From: Eledone cirrhosa
Lineage: Eukaryota
Direction: 5' to 3'
Assembly: GCA_964016885.1 (NCBI GenBank)
Contig: OZ024742.1
Coordinates: 360,654,001 to 360,718,000, forward strand
DNA: 64,000 nt
The position numbers were made by a program, and so were the translations under genes. How positions within the stretch are numbered: position 1 is the first letter of the stretch; every line of letters begins with the position of its first letter. This document shows positions 22,857 to 33,691 of this stretch, piece by piece. The notes beneath the pieces are model-generated. The model did not search any database. It was not told the DNA's origin and saw nothing but the letters and a program-made list of their open reading frames with translations.

Positions 22857-23104
22857 AATATTAACAAAATAGATATTCTTGTGATCAATTATATTTTATT
22901 AGACATATTTCAGAGGTACTGAGTTAAGTTAAGATTTAGTCATGGTAGTACCATGACTAAATCTTAACCATCTAATATGTCAGGGTATGTCATGTATCAT
23001 TTTATTTTATCTGATGAGGACGTACTGTTCAACTTAACTCAGTACCTCTGAAATATGTATAATAAAATATAATTGGTCACAAGAATATCTATTTTGTTAA
23101 TATT
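22857..23104. mobile_element. Nested fold-back, probable Penelope-like element (pLTR) remnant
   Basis: 74-bp inverted arms 22857-22930 / 23031-23104 with 2 mismatches. An inner perfect 20-bp hairpin lies at 22928-22968, and a hammerhead core overlaps the right arm. Confidence 0.75.
22999..23073 (+). ncRNA. Minimal type I hammerhead ribozyme (Penelope/retrozyme type)
   Basis: Stem I ATTTTATTTTAT/ATAAAATATAAT, CTGATGA at 23011-23017, stem II GGACGTACTG/CAGTACCTCT, GAAA at 23050-23053, minimal stem III ATA-TG-TAT, and cleavage triplet AUA (23059-23061). Confidence 0.7.
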
Positions 23105-23124
23105 TTTTTGAATTAATATATAAT

Positions 23125-23460
23125 GGAGGCACATGGCTTAGTGGTTAGAGCATTGTCCTTGCAATCGAAAGGTTGTGAGTTCAATTCTCAGACCGGGTGA
23201 TGTGTTGTTTCCTTGAGCAAGACACTTTATTTCACATTGCTCCAGTTTACTCAGCTGTAGAAATGAGATGATAGGGACTGGGGTCCCTATCATTCCACTG
23301 CAGAGTGGTCGTGGAGGTGCCACGGCAAAAAAGCACCCAGCACTCACTGTAAATGAGGTAGGCGTTAGGAAGGGCATCCAGCTGTAGAAATCAAGCCAGA
23401 ATCAGTTCCCGTCCCACCCTTGCAAGCAGGGAAAAGCGGACGTAAAAATGATGATGATGA
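23125..23460 (+). mobile_element. tRNA-derived SINE family B (MetaSINE-like core, RTE-derived tail)
   Basis: A-box TGGCTTAGTGG, B-box GAGTTCAATTC, core CCTTGAGCAAGACACTT, and tail CCCTTGCAAGCAGGGAAAAGCGGACGTAAAA(ATG)n. A near-identical copy is at 32305. Confidence 0.9.
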
Positions 23461-23483
23461 TATATATATAATATATATATATA

Positions 23484-23703
23484 TCATCATCATCGTTTAA
23501 CGTCCATTTTCCACGCTAGCATGAGTTAGACGGGAGTTGTCCCAATTTGAGTCAAGGTTGGTCGGGTGACCGTGTCTCGCTCATATAGGACTATCTGGCA
23601 GGTTTTCTACGGCTGGATGCCCTTCTTAACACCAACCACATTTACAGTGTGGGACTGGGAACTTTTTACCGTGTTACCTACACGGCCACATTACAGCGTG
23701 GAC
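23484..23703 (-). mobile_element. SINE family B 3' fragment
   Basis: (CAT)n..TTTTCCACGCTAGCATG..CTGGATGCCCTTCTTAACACCAACCAC matches the reverse complement of the family B tail. Confidence 0.75.
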
Positions 23704-23767
23704 TGTATGTATGTATGTATGTATGTATCAAAACAAATGCCGCAGTACATGGAAAGAATATATTAGT

Positions 23768-23830
23768 TTAACGCTTGAAATAGCAGGAAGAGGGTCTTAA
23801 TGTTGCGGGCGCTAGTCCTTCACCAGAAGA
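23768..23830 (-). ncRNA. Degenerate minimal hammerhead motif, copy 2 of a Penelope-like pLTR
   Basis: The minus strand reads TCTT-CTGGTGA-AGGACTAGCGCCC-GCAA-CATTA-AGA. It shares the TTAACGCTTGA flank with 24125. Confidence 0.45.
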
Positions 23831-23899
23831 AAGAATGAGTGTGTATGTATATATATATATATGTATATATATATATAAAAGTAGAAGGGGTATTTAATT

Positions 23900-23996
23900 T
23901 GTTGGAAATGAAATGTTTTGCTCAAGAACACAACACACAACCCAGTCCAGGAATCAAACCCACAACATTATGATTGTTAGTCCAACACCCTTACCA
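23900..23996 (-). mobile_element. SINE head fragment (family B-like)
   Basis: TTGCTCAAGAACACAACAC..GGAATCAAACCCACAAC..CCCTTACCAC is the reverse complement of the tRNA head and core. Confidence 0.65.
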
Positions 23997-24124
23997 CACA
24001 CACACACAAACACACACACACAAACACACCACACACCACACACCACACACACACGCACACGCACACGCACACGCACACACGCACACACGCGCGCCGCCGC
24101 CGTATATGGAAGGGATATATTAGG

Positions 24125-24450
24125 TTAACGCTTGATATAACACGAAGAGAATGTTAACGTTTCGGATGCTAGTCCTTCATCATGAGAAATAAGATAGATT
24201 GGGGGGACGGGCGGGATGGAATTGGAAAAAATGTCTTTAGATATTGAAGGTACTAGGGTGGGAGTGAAACATAGATGGGTGAGAAGAAGGTGGTGTAAGA
24301 AGATTGTAGTAGAGGAAAAGTGGTAGAGAGTCGTGGAATATTTAAATGTAAGAAGCAAAGAAAATTTCAATGATACGAAAGATTTCCTGGTGGAAGTTCA
24401 GGTGTACTCCGGGTTGGTATCCAGTTTCAGGGTGAAAATCCAATTAGAAA
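24125..24450 (-). mobile_element. Penelope-like 3' remnant with a degenerate hammerhead (24151-24187)
   Basis: The minus strand reads ATGATGA-AGGA-CTAGCA-TCC-GAAA-CGTT-A. An upstream frameshifted NWIFTLK/TGYQPGVHLNF resembles the WIxxLxTxxPxGLN end of Penelope GIY-YIG endonucleases. Confidence 0.55.
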
Positions 24451-24464
24451 ATCCAACAAATTTA

Positions 24465-24950
24465 TAATCATCATCACTGTTTAACGTCTATTTTTGCATG
24501 CTTGTATTTGCATAGGTTAGGTAGGTTGCCCACGTCATGAGAAAAGTCTGGACAGCTGGTCATGTCATTCCTTGCTCAGACAGAACTGTATTTGGCTGGG
24601 AGTTTTTACAGCTGGATTCCCTTCCTAATACCAACCATGTTTACAGTGTGGAACTGGATGGCACTGTTATGAAGAGGGACAAGCCAGTTGGCCACGCTGT
24701 ACCCTGCTCACAGCAGAACCATAGTTTGGGAGCTGGGTGGTCCCAGTATAAGGGATGTCTGAATATATATACACACATCATCATCATCATCATCACCGTT
24801 TAATGACCATTTTTCCATGTTAGCATGGGTTAGATGAGTTGTCCAGATGTGAGCCAAGCCAGATCAAATGACCATGTCTTACTAACGCAGGACTGATTTC
24901 TATGGCTGGATGCTAGTCGTAACACCAATCACATTTACAGTGTGTGCTGG
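24465..24950 (-). mobile_element. Two SINE family B 3' fragments
   Basis: (CAT)n tails at ~24468 and ~24778, each followed by CATGCTTG/CATGTTAGCATGGG and CTGGAT..ACCAA..TTTACAGTGTG. Confidence 0.7.
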
Positions 24951-24998
24951 GTCCTTATATACACACATACACACATATATATGTATATATATATATGT

Positions 24999-25181
24999 AT
25001 GCCAGTAGAGGAAGACCACGAAAGACATGGGCGGAGGTGGTGAGAGCAGACTTCAGATCGCTGAAGCTCACGGTGGAGATGACGAAGGACTGTGAGAAGT
25101 GGAGAGATGCTGTGCTGAATAGAACCCGTCCACCCTTGCAAGCAGGGAAAAGTGGACGTAAAATGATGATGATGATGATGA
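24999..25181 (+). mobile_element. RTE-LINE 3' end (5'-truncated)
   Basis: SRGRPRKTWAEVVRADFRSLKLTVEMTKDCEKWRDAVL is an RTE ORF C-terminal motif, followed by a (GAT)n tail. Confidence 0.85.
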
Positions 25182-25744
25182 TATATGTATGTATAGTAAG
25201 ACTCACTATTTAGCCTTGATAAATATATATGTATGTATGTGTGTGTGTGTGTGTATATGTACATATGTATATATAGTGTGGTGTGTGTATTTATATATAT
25301 ATGTACACATGTATATATAGTGTGGTGTGTATATATGTATATGTGTGTGCATGTGTATGTGTGTACCGTCTTCACTCGGTAGTCAGCAGGGAACTTGCCA
25401 CACTCTCCTCATCCATGATTTGATCGAACTTATGTTCACAGATATCACGGACTTGTTTCCTCTCTTTCTGTTGCAATACCATCTCTGTTTGTTTACATGT
25501 CTCGCTCGCTCCACCCTATTCTACGTGTCCCAATAACTTTTGTTAGTTATTGCTCGCACCAGCCAGAGGTATATCATCTTTAATGCGAAGAAATACCAAT
25601 GACAGCTGGAAGATAACTGATGACGGACGCCCTATCTTCTCGCTCTAAATTTATTCATATGTATCCCATTTGCAACAATGCAGCACACCATTTTTCATAT
25701 ATATATACACGTGTATGTGTGTATATATATATATATATCTTCTA

Positions 25745-26089
25745 TCTTCTATATATATAAAAGCGAGGATGTCTGTGTGTCTGTGTACAACTTTGGATAC
25801 CTAAGGCTTTTACAATTACCAACTGAATTTGACCAAATTTTCTGTGCACGTTGCGCAGGTCGCTAAGATGGTCACATCACAAACATTTTTCAAATCGACC
25901 CACGTTGAGCAATAAAAAATCGATATCAAAATTATCGGTAGCAAAATTGATGTAAGGGAGATAACCAACTTTATTGACAGAAATATAAACATCAGATTCA
26001 TTTGAAGATAAATCACTAATATTATCGTTTGTTTCTTGTTTATTCTTTGTTGCATTTCAAACCCCGGGCAACGCCGGGTAAATCTGCTA

Positions 26090-26090
<1 letters not shown>
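25745..26090 (+). mobile_element. Non-autonomous Helitron
   Basis: 5' A|TCTTCTATATATATAAAAG, subterminal hairpin CCCGGGCAACGCCGGG, and 3' CTAG|T. Inserted at an AT dinucleotide. Confidence 0.85.
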
Positions 26091-26144
<54 letters not shown>

Positions 26145-26164
26145 TACACACATACACGTGTATA

Positions 26165-26520
26165 ATCATCATCCTCATTACTGTTTAACTTCAGCATGGG
26201 TTATACAGGTTGTCATATACTAAGGATAGACTGGTCAGGTAACCATGTTGCATTCATAAGATCCATTTTTGGCCTAGTTCCCCTATGGATGGATGGATGG
26301 ATGCCATTCCTTATGCCAACCACTTTACAGGGTGGACTCTGCTTTTTTTGTCATGGCAACAGCACAACCACCTTACAAGGTTGACTGGGCACATGTTATC
26401 ATGGCTCCAGTGTAACTCACTTTTGCAGTGGACTGGATACTTTTGTCATGGAACCAGTACGATCACTTTACACAGTGGACTGGGTGCTTTTTATCATGGC
26501 ACCAGTACAACCACCTTTTT
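26165..26520 (-). mobile_element. SINE family B fragment with ~4 copies of its internal ~47-bp repeat
   Basis: GGATGCCATTCCTTATGCCAACCACTTTACAG followed by repeated CACTT..ACAGTGGACTGG..TCATGGCACCAGTAC. Confidence 0.7.
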
Positions 26521-26714
26521 CACCCTGTTCTTACTCTACCATACTTTCAAAACATTCTTTTTCAATGCTGTTTAGGTCACCTAGGTAACAGAAACTGAAA
26601 TATTGCCAAGGAACCCTCCTAACATTTGAAATCTTATTTTATGGGTTCTTTTGAAATAACTTTCAATAATTGATTCAAATAATATTTTATTAGAAATATG
26701 GTAACGTTAGGGTT

Positions 26715-26850
26715 TGATAAAACCCTAGTCTTCACTAGGTTTACTTTGAAACCACTTAGGTTTTGTTTCAATTTTTGGAATTTCTTCTGTAAATCTTCAA
26801 TAAATTCAGGTACAAGCATTAAGCCAATGTCATCCAAAAGGTCTCAAAGA
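26715..26850 (-). pseudogene. RTE reverse-transcriptase fragment (YADD region)
   Basis: LLDDIGL..EDLQKKFQKLKQNLSGFKVNLVKTRVL resembles ADDL..EELQ....W...L...GLKVNxxKTKVL. Confidence 0.7.
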
Positions 26851-26855
26851 AACCT

Positions 26856-27130
26856 ATCATCATTTTTACATCCACTTTTCCATGCTTGCATGGGTTGGAT
26901 AGGTCCTTCTCAGCATGGCATCTCTCCAATTGTCACATTCCTTTGTCATCTCCTCTGCCAGACTTAGTGATTTGAGGTCAGCTCTCATAACCTCTGCCCA
27001 GGTCTTTCTTGGTCATCCTCTACTGTGGCTTCGCTCCACTGGGATTTCCTGGCATTTCTTCACCCATCGGTCATTGTCCATGTGTATCACATGTCCACAC
27101 TGATGCAGTCTTCTCTCCTGCACACCACCT
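26856..27130 (-). mobile_element. RTE-LINE 3' end
   Basis: Minus strand RRLHQCGHVIHMDNDRWVKKCQEIPVE..RG*PRKTWAEVMRADLKSL..EMTKECDNWRDA. Confidence 0.85.
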
Positions 27131-27533
27131 CGATAAATTATTTTATTATGGCCTAGAGAATTACAATAATCCGTTTAGCCCCCCCCCCCCCCAATCTATA
27201 ACCTTGCTGTTAGTGTCTCTGTGTATGGCTTGCACAGTTCCTACTAACACATCTAGGTTTTCTTAGTAACAAACCAGACCACAGAGTATGAAACCCTAAC
27301 GTAGGTGTTCCTCAGATTAACGAATATTACATCAAGTGGCATACTCATTACAAAATAATTCCTTGGTTGTTATAACACTAGGGAGAGGGCATCAATGTGA
27401 CCCTGACTTGCACAAACCTGAACTTTATCCCATCTAAGCTATTTAGTTGTACTCTTGTAACTCTTTCTTCCTAATTAGTTATCCTGTAACTCTTTCTAAT
27501 TTGATATGTTGTAACTTTACCTAATTAGTTGTG

Positions 27534-28017
27534 CACTAAGAAGGGAGGTAGGTGTAAAAGCCAAATTCTCTCTCTTCAATTCAGTATTTGTGCCAACCTT
27601 GCGTAATGACCGAAAGAATAGGATTGCGAATACAAGCGGTGGAAATGAGGTTTCTCCGAAGGGTCTTTGGTGGAGTAACGTTACTTGATAGAGTGCATAG
27701 TTCGGCGATGAGAGAGTCACTCCAGGTAGAGTTGCTACTTTTCCTAATTGAGAGATCACAGCTCTGATACTATGGACATGTGGTTAGAATGTCTGAGAGA
27801 AGAATCTCTGGACAGATTTTATGGGCAAAACCAACCAGCAGGAGACCCAGGGGTAGACCCCGAGCAAGATGGTAGGATAACATCGATGAGCTTGGCTTGT
27901 CTCACTTGGAGATCCAGCTGGATCAGTTGGAGACAGTTGCTTCTGACTGGACTCACTGAAAGTTGTGTTTGAGGACGCTGCCCCCATGACCCTCTCAGGA
28001 ATAAGTGGGTGGAAGAT
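27534..28017 (+). mobile_element. RTE-type LINE 3' region (second family), decayed
   Basis: RIQAVEMRFLRRV..LDRVHS..IERSQL*YYGHVVRMS..KPTSRRPRGRPRARW. Homologous to 30434 and 56119. Confidence 0.85.
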
Positions 28018-28711
28018 GTTGTACTCTAACTTTTTCTCTTATTTTCTCAACTTGGTCCATCAACTTAAGGCTGATATCCAGTATTTGGTCAAAACAATCT
28101 TTAAGAAACCTTCACAACACTTGAAGAAATGAGACTAGATGGCAGCTTGATATTCACATGGTTTATATGATAAATTATATATATATCCCAGTGCCATATG
28201 TATTCCGATTATAGAAAAGGTGAATAGGTACACCATATTGCTGTGTGTTGTAAGAGGTAACTAAAATGGTTGGCATCAGGAAGAGCATCTGGTTGTAAAA
28301 CATTGTCTCAAGACATCCCATCAACCCATGCCAGCATGGAAAAGTGGATGCAAAAATGTCATGATGTTGGTGATGATACAATATAGGATTAAATCTTGCC
28401 AAAGTTAAGACCATGCCAATATTTTCATGTCTTACCATTAATCTGTTGAAGTCTCATCTAAATTTACCTGTTATTTTTCTCTTGCAAGTCTCAGGCACTG
28501 CTGCACCTCTTCAGACTAATCCCTATTCTTGGTCAGTTGACATACCATCATTGTCAAATGGTACCGCACAACAAACTGGGGAATATAACAAATGTTTTTT
28601 AAGGCCCTTTTCCGTGTTAAAGCAGACCTTAAACCTTATGAGCCCCGTGACAAGCTTCATACCAATTATAGGGTCCTCTAAGCCAATGTTTTTCAACCAC
28701 CTGATTATTCT

Positions 28712-28940
28712 TTAACCCTTTAGTATTTACATTACGCTATATTTACTATTGAATTTTCGCAGTAAAGGCTTTACCTCACATAATTATCTCGCATAATATT
28801 GAATCTATGAGATTTTGATATTATTTATTTTGAGAACAATACCTTAACCTCAGTATGAGTGGCCAGTCACGACCGGTTTCAACAGAAAGAGGTGAGAGAA
28901 TTTTGGCTGGATATGGCCGGTTTAAATGCTAAAGGGTTAT
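28712..28940 (+). mobile_element. TTAA MITE family 2 (piggyBac-like)
   Basis: TTAA-CCCTTTAGTATTTA...TAAATGCTAAAGGG-TTAT. Same element as 33253 and 32002. Confidence 0.85.
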
Positions 28941-29125
28941 GGGCAATATTTTACAGCCAGATGCTCTTTCTGACACCAATACTTTTAGTTACCTTTTACA
29001 ATATACAGAGAGAGATATGTCATACCTATTCTAAACAGGATAACACACAGTGTCACAACAACAATTGAGAAATATGACATTATTTTTAACAGAAGTGTTC
29101 CAAGTCTAAACAAGCTTTGAGCACT

Positions 29126-29300
29126 ATCTAGACCTAACAACTCTCCCCGTCTGATGGGGAGATTTGCAATAGCCATTGGAGTGGGAGAGAGATGTCTTCT
29201 CTTGAGAAAATGGGTATAGCTTTCATTATGTAAAATCTCCCCATTTTGCATCATTTCTCCCCGTTTTGGAGCATTTCTTTTCATGGTTCTCTCCGACAAC
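29126..29300. mobile_element. Possible hAT-like MITE end
   Basis: TAGACCTAACAACTCTCCCCG resembles CAGACCTGCCAACTCTCCCG-type hAT TIRs, with repeated CTCCCC/GGGGAG subterminal motifs. No partner TIR is seen. Confidence 0.35.
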
Positions 29301-29414
29301 GCTTTAAAGGATAATGTAACTTCATATCTTAAGGCAATATTAAAGAGAAGCAGTCCAAGGGTGGCCTATATATGTAATGTTTACCATTGTTCATACCACA
29401 CTACCTGAAACATC

Positions 29415-29767
29415 CCCTCTAAAAACTTTCCATCCTAATTTTATGTAAGAACCTTTGTTGAATTATGTTTCAAAAATTGTCATCATTATTACTATTTAAC
29501 ACCTGTTTTCTATGCTTGCATGGGCTAGACAGGCTGTCACATACTGAGACTAGATTAATCAGGTGACTATATCTTGCTCATACTCACCAGTTTTCACTGG
29601 ATGTCCTTCTTAATGCCAACCGCTTTACTATGTGTAATGGGAGCATTTTATTGTGACTCTAGCGCTACCACAACATGAACTGGGTACTTTTTGTTATTGA
29701 TAACTCCCTTCATATTCTAGATTATAAGCAGTGTATTTCATTTGGAATATGGTAAAGAAATGGTTAA
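29415..29767 (+). mobile_element. MITE family 1 remnant interrupted by a minus-strand SINE B fragment (~29480-29690)
   Basis: Right end GCAGTGTATTTCATTTGGAATATGGTAAAGAAATGGTTAA, with body motif CTTTCCATCCTAATTTTATGTAAG. Confidence 0.55.
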
Positions 29768-30433
29768 AACGCCCTAGAACCTCAATAGTTACTTTTATAC
29801 TGTGAATACTTTTACTACTCTATCTAACCACCTAATCTTTTCTCTATTCAAACCAGTTCTATTATAATCTGAAGCAATGGAGAAGAAAGGAACGTCTTTA
29901 AACAAAAATATTTATCTTCCATTAACAATATACAACTAACAAAGATTACAGTGTAAATAGACAGGTTGAATATAAGCATGTTACTAAAACAGTCGTGATT
30001 TGGCTACTATCAATAACATTGACAAGATAGCTGCTAACTGCTCTAACAATATAATGAGACATTTGTATCATCACTAAAGTAATATATATTTCTTACATAG
30101 ATTTGTATTGGGGGGAAAATTAGGGATATGTAATGTTTATACATGTGTCAAGGTCATTGATGTTGATAACAAGGTGAAGGACAGGTATCTAATGATTCTG
30201 CTAACCATAAGAGTTTAATGAAGCAGTGAATTTAACACATGTTTCTATAGCATTAAAAGGTTGACAGACAAATCTCTCTTATGGTAGAGGTAGAACAAAT
30301 ACTGGTATAGCATTACATAAACTCTTTCTAATTAGATATGAGGGGAAAATGAGGATGGAAGGCAGGAGGTTGAATTAAGTGCAAGAATTGCAGGAGCTGG
30401 TGCAGTTATGTGCCAGCTTCAGCATTCAGTAAC

Positions 30434-30955
30434 AAGAAGGGAGGTAGGTTTAAAAGCCAAATTCGCTATCATTAATTCAGTATTCAGAAGAAGGGAGGTA
30501 GGTGTAAAAACCAAACTCACTATCATTAATTCAGTATTCGTGCCAACCTTGGGTAATGACTGAAAGAATATGATTACGAACACAAGTGGCTGAAATGGGG
30601 TTTCTCCAAAGGGCCCTTGGAGTAAAGTTACTTGATAGAGTGCATAGCTCAGAGTCACTTCAGGTAGAGCCACTACTTCTCCAAATTGAGAGATCACAGC
30701 TCCAATACTTTGGACATGTGGCTAGAATGTCTTGGGAAAGAATCACTGGACAGATTTTAAAGGCAAAACCAACTGGCAGGGGACCCAGAGGTAGATTCCG
30801 AGCGAAATGGTTGGATAACATCCATGAGCTTGGATGGTCTTGCTTAGGGATTCGGCCAGATCAGTTGGAGATGGTTGTTTCTGACAGGATCAACTGGAAG
30901 GAGTATTTGAGGCCTGTGCCCTCACGACCCTCTCAGGGATATGTGGGCGAAGAAG
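30434..30955 (+). mobile_element. RTE-type LINE 3' region, with a 54-bp duplication at its 5' end
   Basis: ORF 30586: AEMGFLQRALGVKLLDRVHSS..IERSQLQYFGHVARMS..GRGPRGRFRAKWLDNI. AAGAAGGGAGG occurs at 30434 and 30488. Confidence 0.9.
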
Positions 30956-31120
30956 GGGAAAGTGTGGATGCTACTGAACAATATAAATGTGATAAAGGAG
31001 CTGAGTCCAAGAAAATAAGGAAGGTCAATATGGAACGGATGAGTGAAGCCATTAAAGACATGAAGACAGAGAAATACTCCAGACCTGTGATGTTAAAAAC
31101 ATCTGAAGTGATTGAGATCA
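30956..31120 (+). pseudogene. LINE pre-RT linker fragment
   Basis: VNMERMSEAIKDMKTEKYSRP resembles ITxEEVxxAIKxMKxGKAPGP. Confidence 0.45.
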
Positions 31121-31199
31121 CATGAGGTACTGAATTAAACATTCCAGTTATGCTTGTATCTCCTATAAGTGACATATCAGAGCCATTATTAACTCCTAT

Positions 31200-31360
31200 A
31201 AGGGCAGTGAATTAGCAATAATTGGTAGAGCATTGGACAAAATACATTGTGGTATTAAGTTATGACTTTCTATGTTCTGAGTTCAAATCCCGCTGAGACC
31301 AACTTTGCCTTTCATCCTTTCGAAGTCTAACAAAAAAGTACCAGTCTTGTACTGGGGTTT
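31200..31360 (+). mobile_element. SINE family A, degenerate
   Basis: GGCAGTGAATTAGCAATAATTGGTAGAG..GAGTTCAAATCCCGCTGAG..AACTTTGCCTTTCATCC..AAGTACCAG. Confidence 0.8.
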
Positions 31361-31580
31361 ATTCTTCCTCTATGTCTCTTTCTCATGCCCTCTTTTTTCC
31401 TCTCTCTCTTTCTTTCTCTGGAAGAAACAGTTGTGTTTGGACTAAAAAGACAGGATGGTCTCCTCCAAGTCTTAAGTGTCACAGCAGCTCTTTACGACAC
31501 AATCGGGAGTTACAGATCAATACATACATGTTTGTAGGCAAGGAATGGATAAAAACTTGATTTTAGGTACTCAGAACAAG

Positions 31581-31930
31581 CATCATCATCATTGTTTTTA
31601 CATCCATTTTTCCAAGTTTGCATGGGTTGGACAGGTCCTTCTCAGCACAGCATCTCTTTACTCACCACATTTGTCATCTCCACAGTAAGTCTCAGTGATT
31701 TAAGGTCAACTACCACCACCTCTGCCCAGGTCTTTGTTGGTCTACCTCTACTGCAGCTTCATTCCAGTGGCATTTCCTCGTACTTCTTCATCCAGCAATT
31801 ATCATCCATGTACATCACATGTCTGTACCAATGCAGTCTTCTCTCTTACACCTCTGATTCCTCTTAACCCAGTTTCTCCCTCAGTTCATTCAAGCTCTGC
31901 CTTTCTCTCGTGTTTACATTTCACATCCAA
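31581..31930 (-). mobile_element. RTE-LINE 3' end
   Basis: Homologous to 26856-27130, with a (CAT)n tail. Confidence 0.85.
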
Positions 31931-32001
31931 CAATAATTGCTATATAAAAGATGCAGTGGAGGTTTTAATCACATTGAGAGAACATCATGAATTAGGTTGC
32001 A

Positions 32002-32219
32002 TTAACACTTTAGCATTTAAACCGGCCGTATCCGGCCAGAATTCTCTCACCTCTTTCTGTTCAAACCTGCCATAACAAGCGACTCACACTGATGTTAAGG
32101 TATTGTTCTCAAAATAAATAATATCAAAATCTCAGATTCGATATTATGTGAGATATTTATGATATTTACCACAAAAGGACTATAGTAAATATAGAGTAAT
32201 GTAAATGCTAAAGGGTTAA
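32002..32219 (-). mobile_element. TTAA MITE family 2, inverted copy
   Basis: TTAA-CACTTTAGCATTTA...TAAATGCTAAAGGG-TTAA. The interior is the reverse complement of 33253-33478. Confidence 0.9.
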
Positions 32220-32304
32220 ATATACAGTGGCTGTATCTATAGCAAAACATTTTGGTACTTTTCAGATAGGCTCTGTTACTTAATCATTTCATGACCACAT
32301 TTCA

Positions 32305-32745
32305 AGGCACATGGCTTAGTGGTTAGAGCATTGGGCTTGCAATCGAAAGGTTGTGAGTTCAATTCTCGGACTGGGTGATGTGTTGTTTCCTTGAGCAAGA
32401 CACTTTATTTCACATTGCTCCAGTTTACTCAGCTGTAGAAATGGGATGATAGAACCGGGGTCCCTATCATTCCACTGCAAAGTGGTTGTGGAGGTGTCGC
32501 GGCAAAAAAGCACCCAGCCCACACTGAAAAGTGGGCGTGTAGGCGCCACGGAAAAAAAGCACCCAGCACTCACTGTAAATGAGGTTGGTGTTAGGAAGGG
32601 CATCCAATTGTAGCAATCAAGCCAGAATCAGTTGCCGTATCAGCAAGCCAAGGTCAGCCGACCAGACACTGCCCACAACAGGACAACCCGTCTAACCCAT
32701 GCTAGTGTGGAAGAACGAACGTAAAATGGTGATGATGATGATGAT
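32305..32745 (+). mobile_element. SINE family B, full length, with two internal ~49-bp repeats
   Basis: Near-identical to 23125-23460, with an extra AAAAAGCACCCAGC unit and a (GAT)n tail. Confidence 0.9.
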
Positions 32746-32974
32746 AATTTCAAATGAAATACACTCTAATTAATTAATGAAGAATTTCGAGAGATTTACT
32801 AAAATTATTAATTATTTCATTACTAAGATAGTAACTTAATGTAAGGTTCTTATATAAAATTATGTTGGAAGATTTTAATTTAAATTGGAAACCTTTTAAT
32901 GGGGGGGTGTTATATTTCATAGAACCAGAGCTGGTTTTGACTGGGTTTGACTGGGTTTGTAATCAAAGGGTTAA
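32746..32974 (-). mobile_element. MITE family 1, inverted degenerate copy
   Basis: ATTTCAAATGAAATACAC is the reverse complement of the right subterminal motif. The left end TCAAAGGGTTAA ends at 32974. Confidence 0.55.
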
Positions 32975-33252
32975 TTTATTACAATCAGTTCTATGTCCAG
33001 TGGAGTAACTTTTGACCAGGTCAAGGACAAGTAGTTGCCAATAGCCACTTAAAAAACACAATAGCATATAACTCACCTACTTCAGATATCACAAAACCTC
33101 ACGTTTACAATTTTTGTTTTTCAAGAATTACTGTCCCTTGTTTATTCACAGTTCATTAGCAAGAATTTTCTTTCAATGCTTTCGTGTGTGTTAAATTAGT
33201 TAAATTAGTCATAAAGTAGTTTTGAAATATGAAATCCATTTATTTTATATCT

Positions 33253-33478
33253 TTAACCCTTTAGCATTTACATTACTCTATATATGTTGTTATATTTTCG
33301 CAGTAAAGGCTTTACCTCACAGAATTACACATAATATCGAATCTACAAGATTTTGATATTATTTACTTTGAGAACAATACCTTAACATAAGTATGAGTGG
33401 CCTGTTATGGCCAGTTTGAACAGAAAAAGGTGAGAGAATTCTGGCCGGATATGGCCGGTTTAAATGCTAAAGGGTTAA
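33253..33478 (+). mobile_element. TTAA MITE family 2 (piggyBac-like), intact
   Basis: Perfect 14-bp TIR CCCTTTAGCATTTA / TAAATGCTAAAGGG with TTAA on both sides. Confidence 0.92.
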
Positions 33479-33549
33479 TACTTGTACCAATATTCAGGAA
33501 TATTTTCTAGCACAGCAACTCTCCCCTCGTCACATTTCCTCATCATTTC

Positions 33550-33660
33550 ACAGAGGAAATGATGAAGGAATGTAACCAGTGGAGAGATGCTGTGCTGAGA
33601 GGGACCCATCCAACCCATGCAAGCATGAAAAAACGGATATAAAAACGATGATGGTGATGA
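33550..33660 (+). mobile_element. RTE-LINE 3' end fragment
   Basis: GTGGAGAGATGCTGTGCTGA..CCAACCCATGCAAGCATG..(GAT)n. Confidence 0.75.
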
Positions 33661-33691
33661 TTTCTAATTTTGTTTTTGTTTTTTTTCAAAG

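Noticed and set aside
23125-23200. tRNA-like sequences here and at 32305, 34358 and 10200-10278
   Set aside because: They are A/B-box heads of SINEs continuing into SINE bodies, with no complete cloverleaf.
25610-25645. CTGATGA motif as another hammerhead
   Set aside because: There is no downstream stem II-GAAA arrangement.
28985-29366. 104-aa minus-strand ORF in non-tandem sequence
   Set aside because: It has no recognisable domain and overlaps a hAT-like terminal motif with CTCCCC subterminal repeats.
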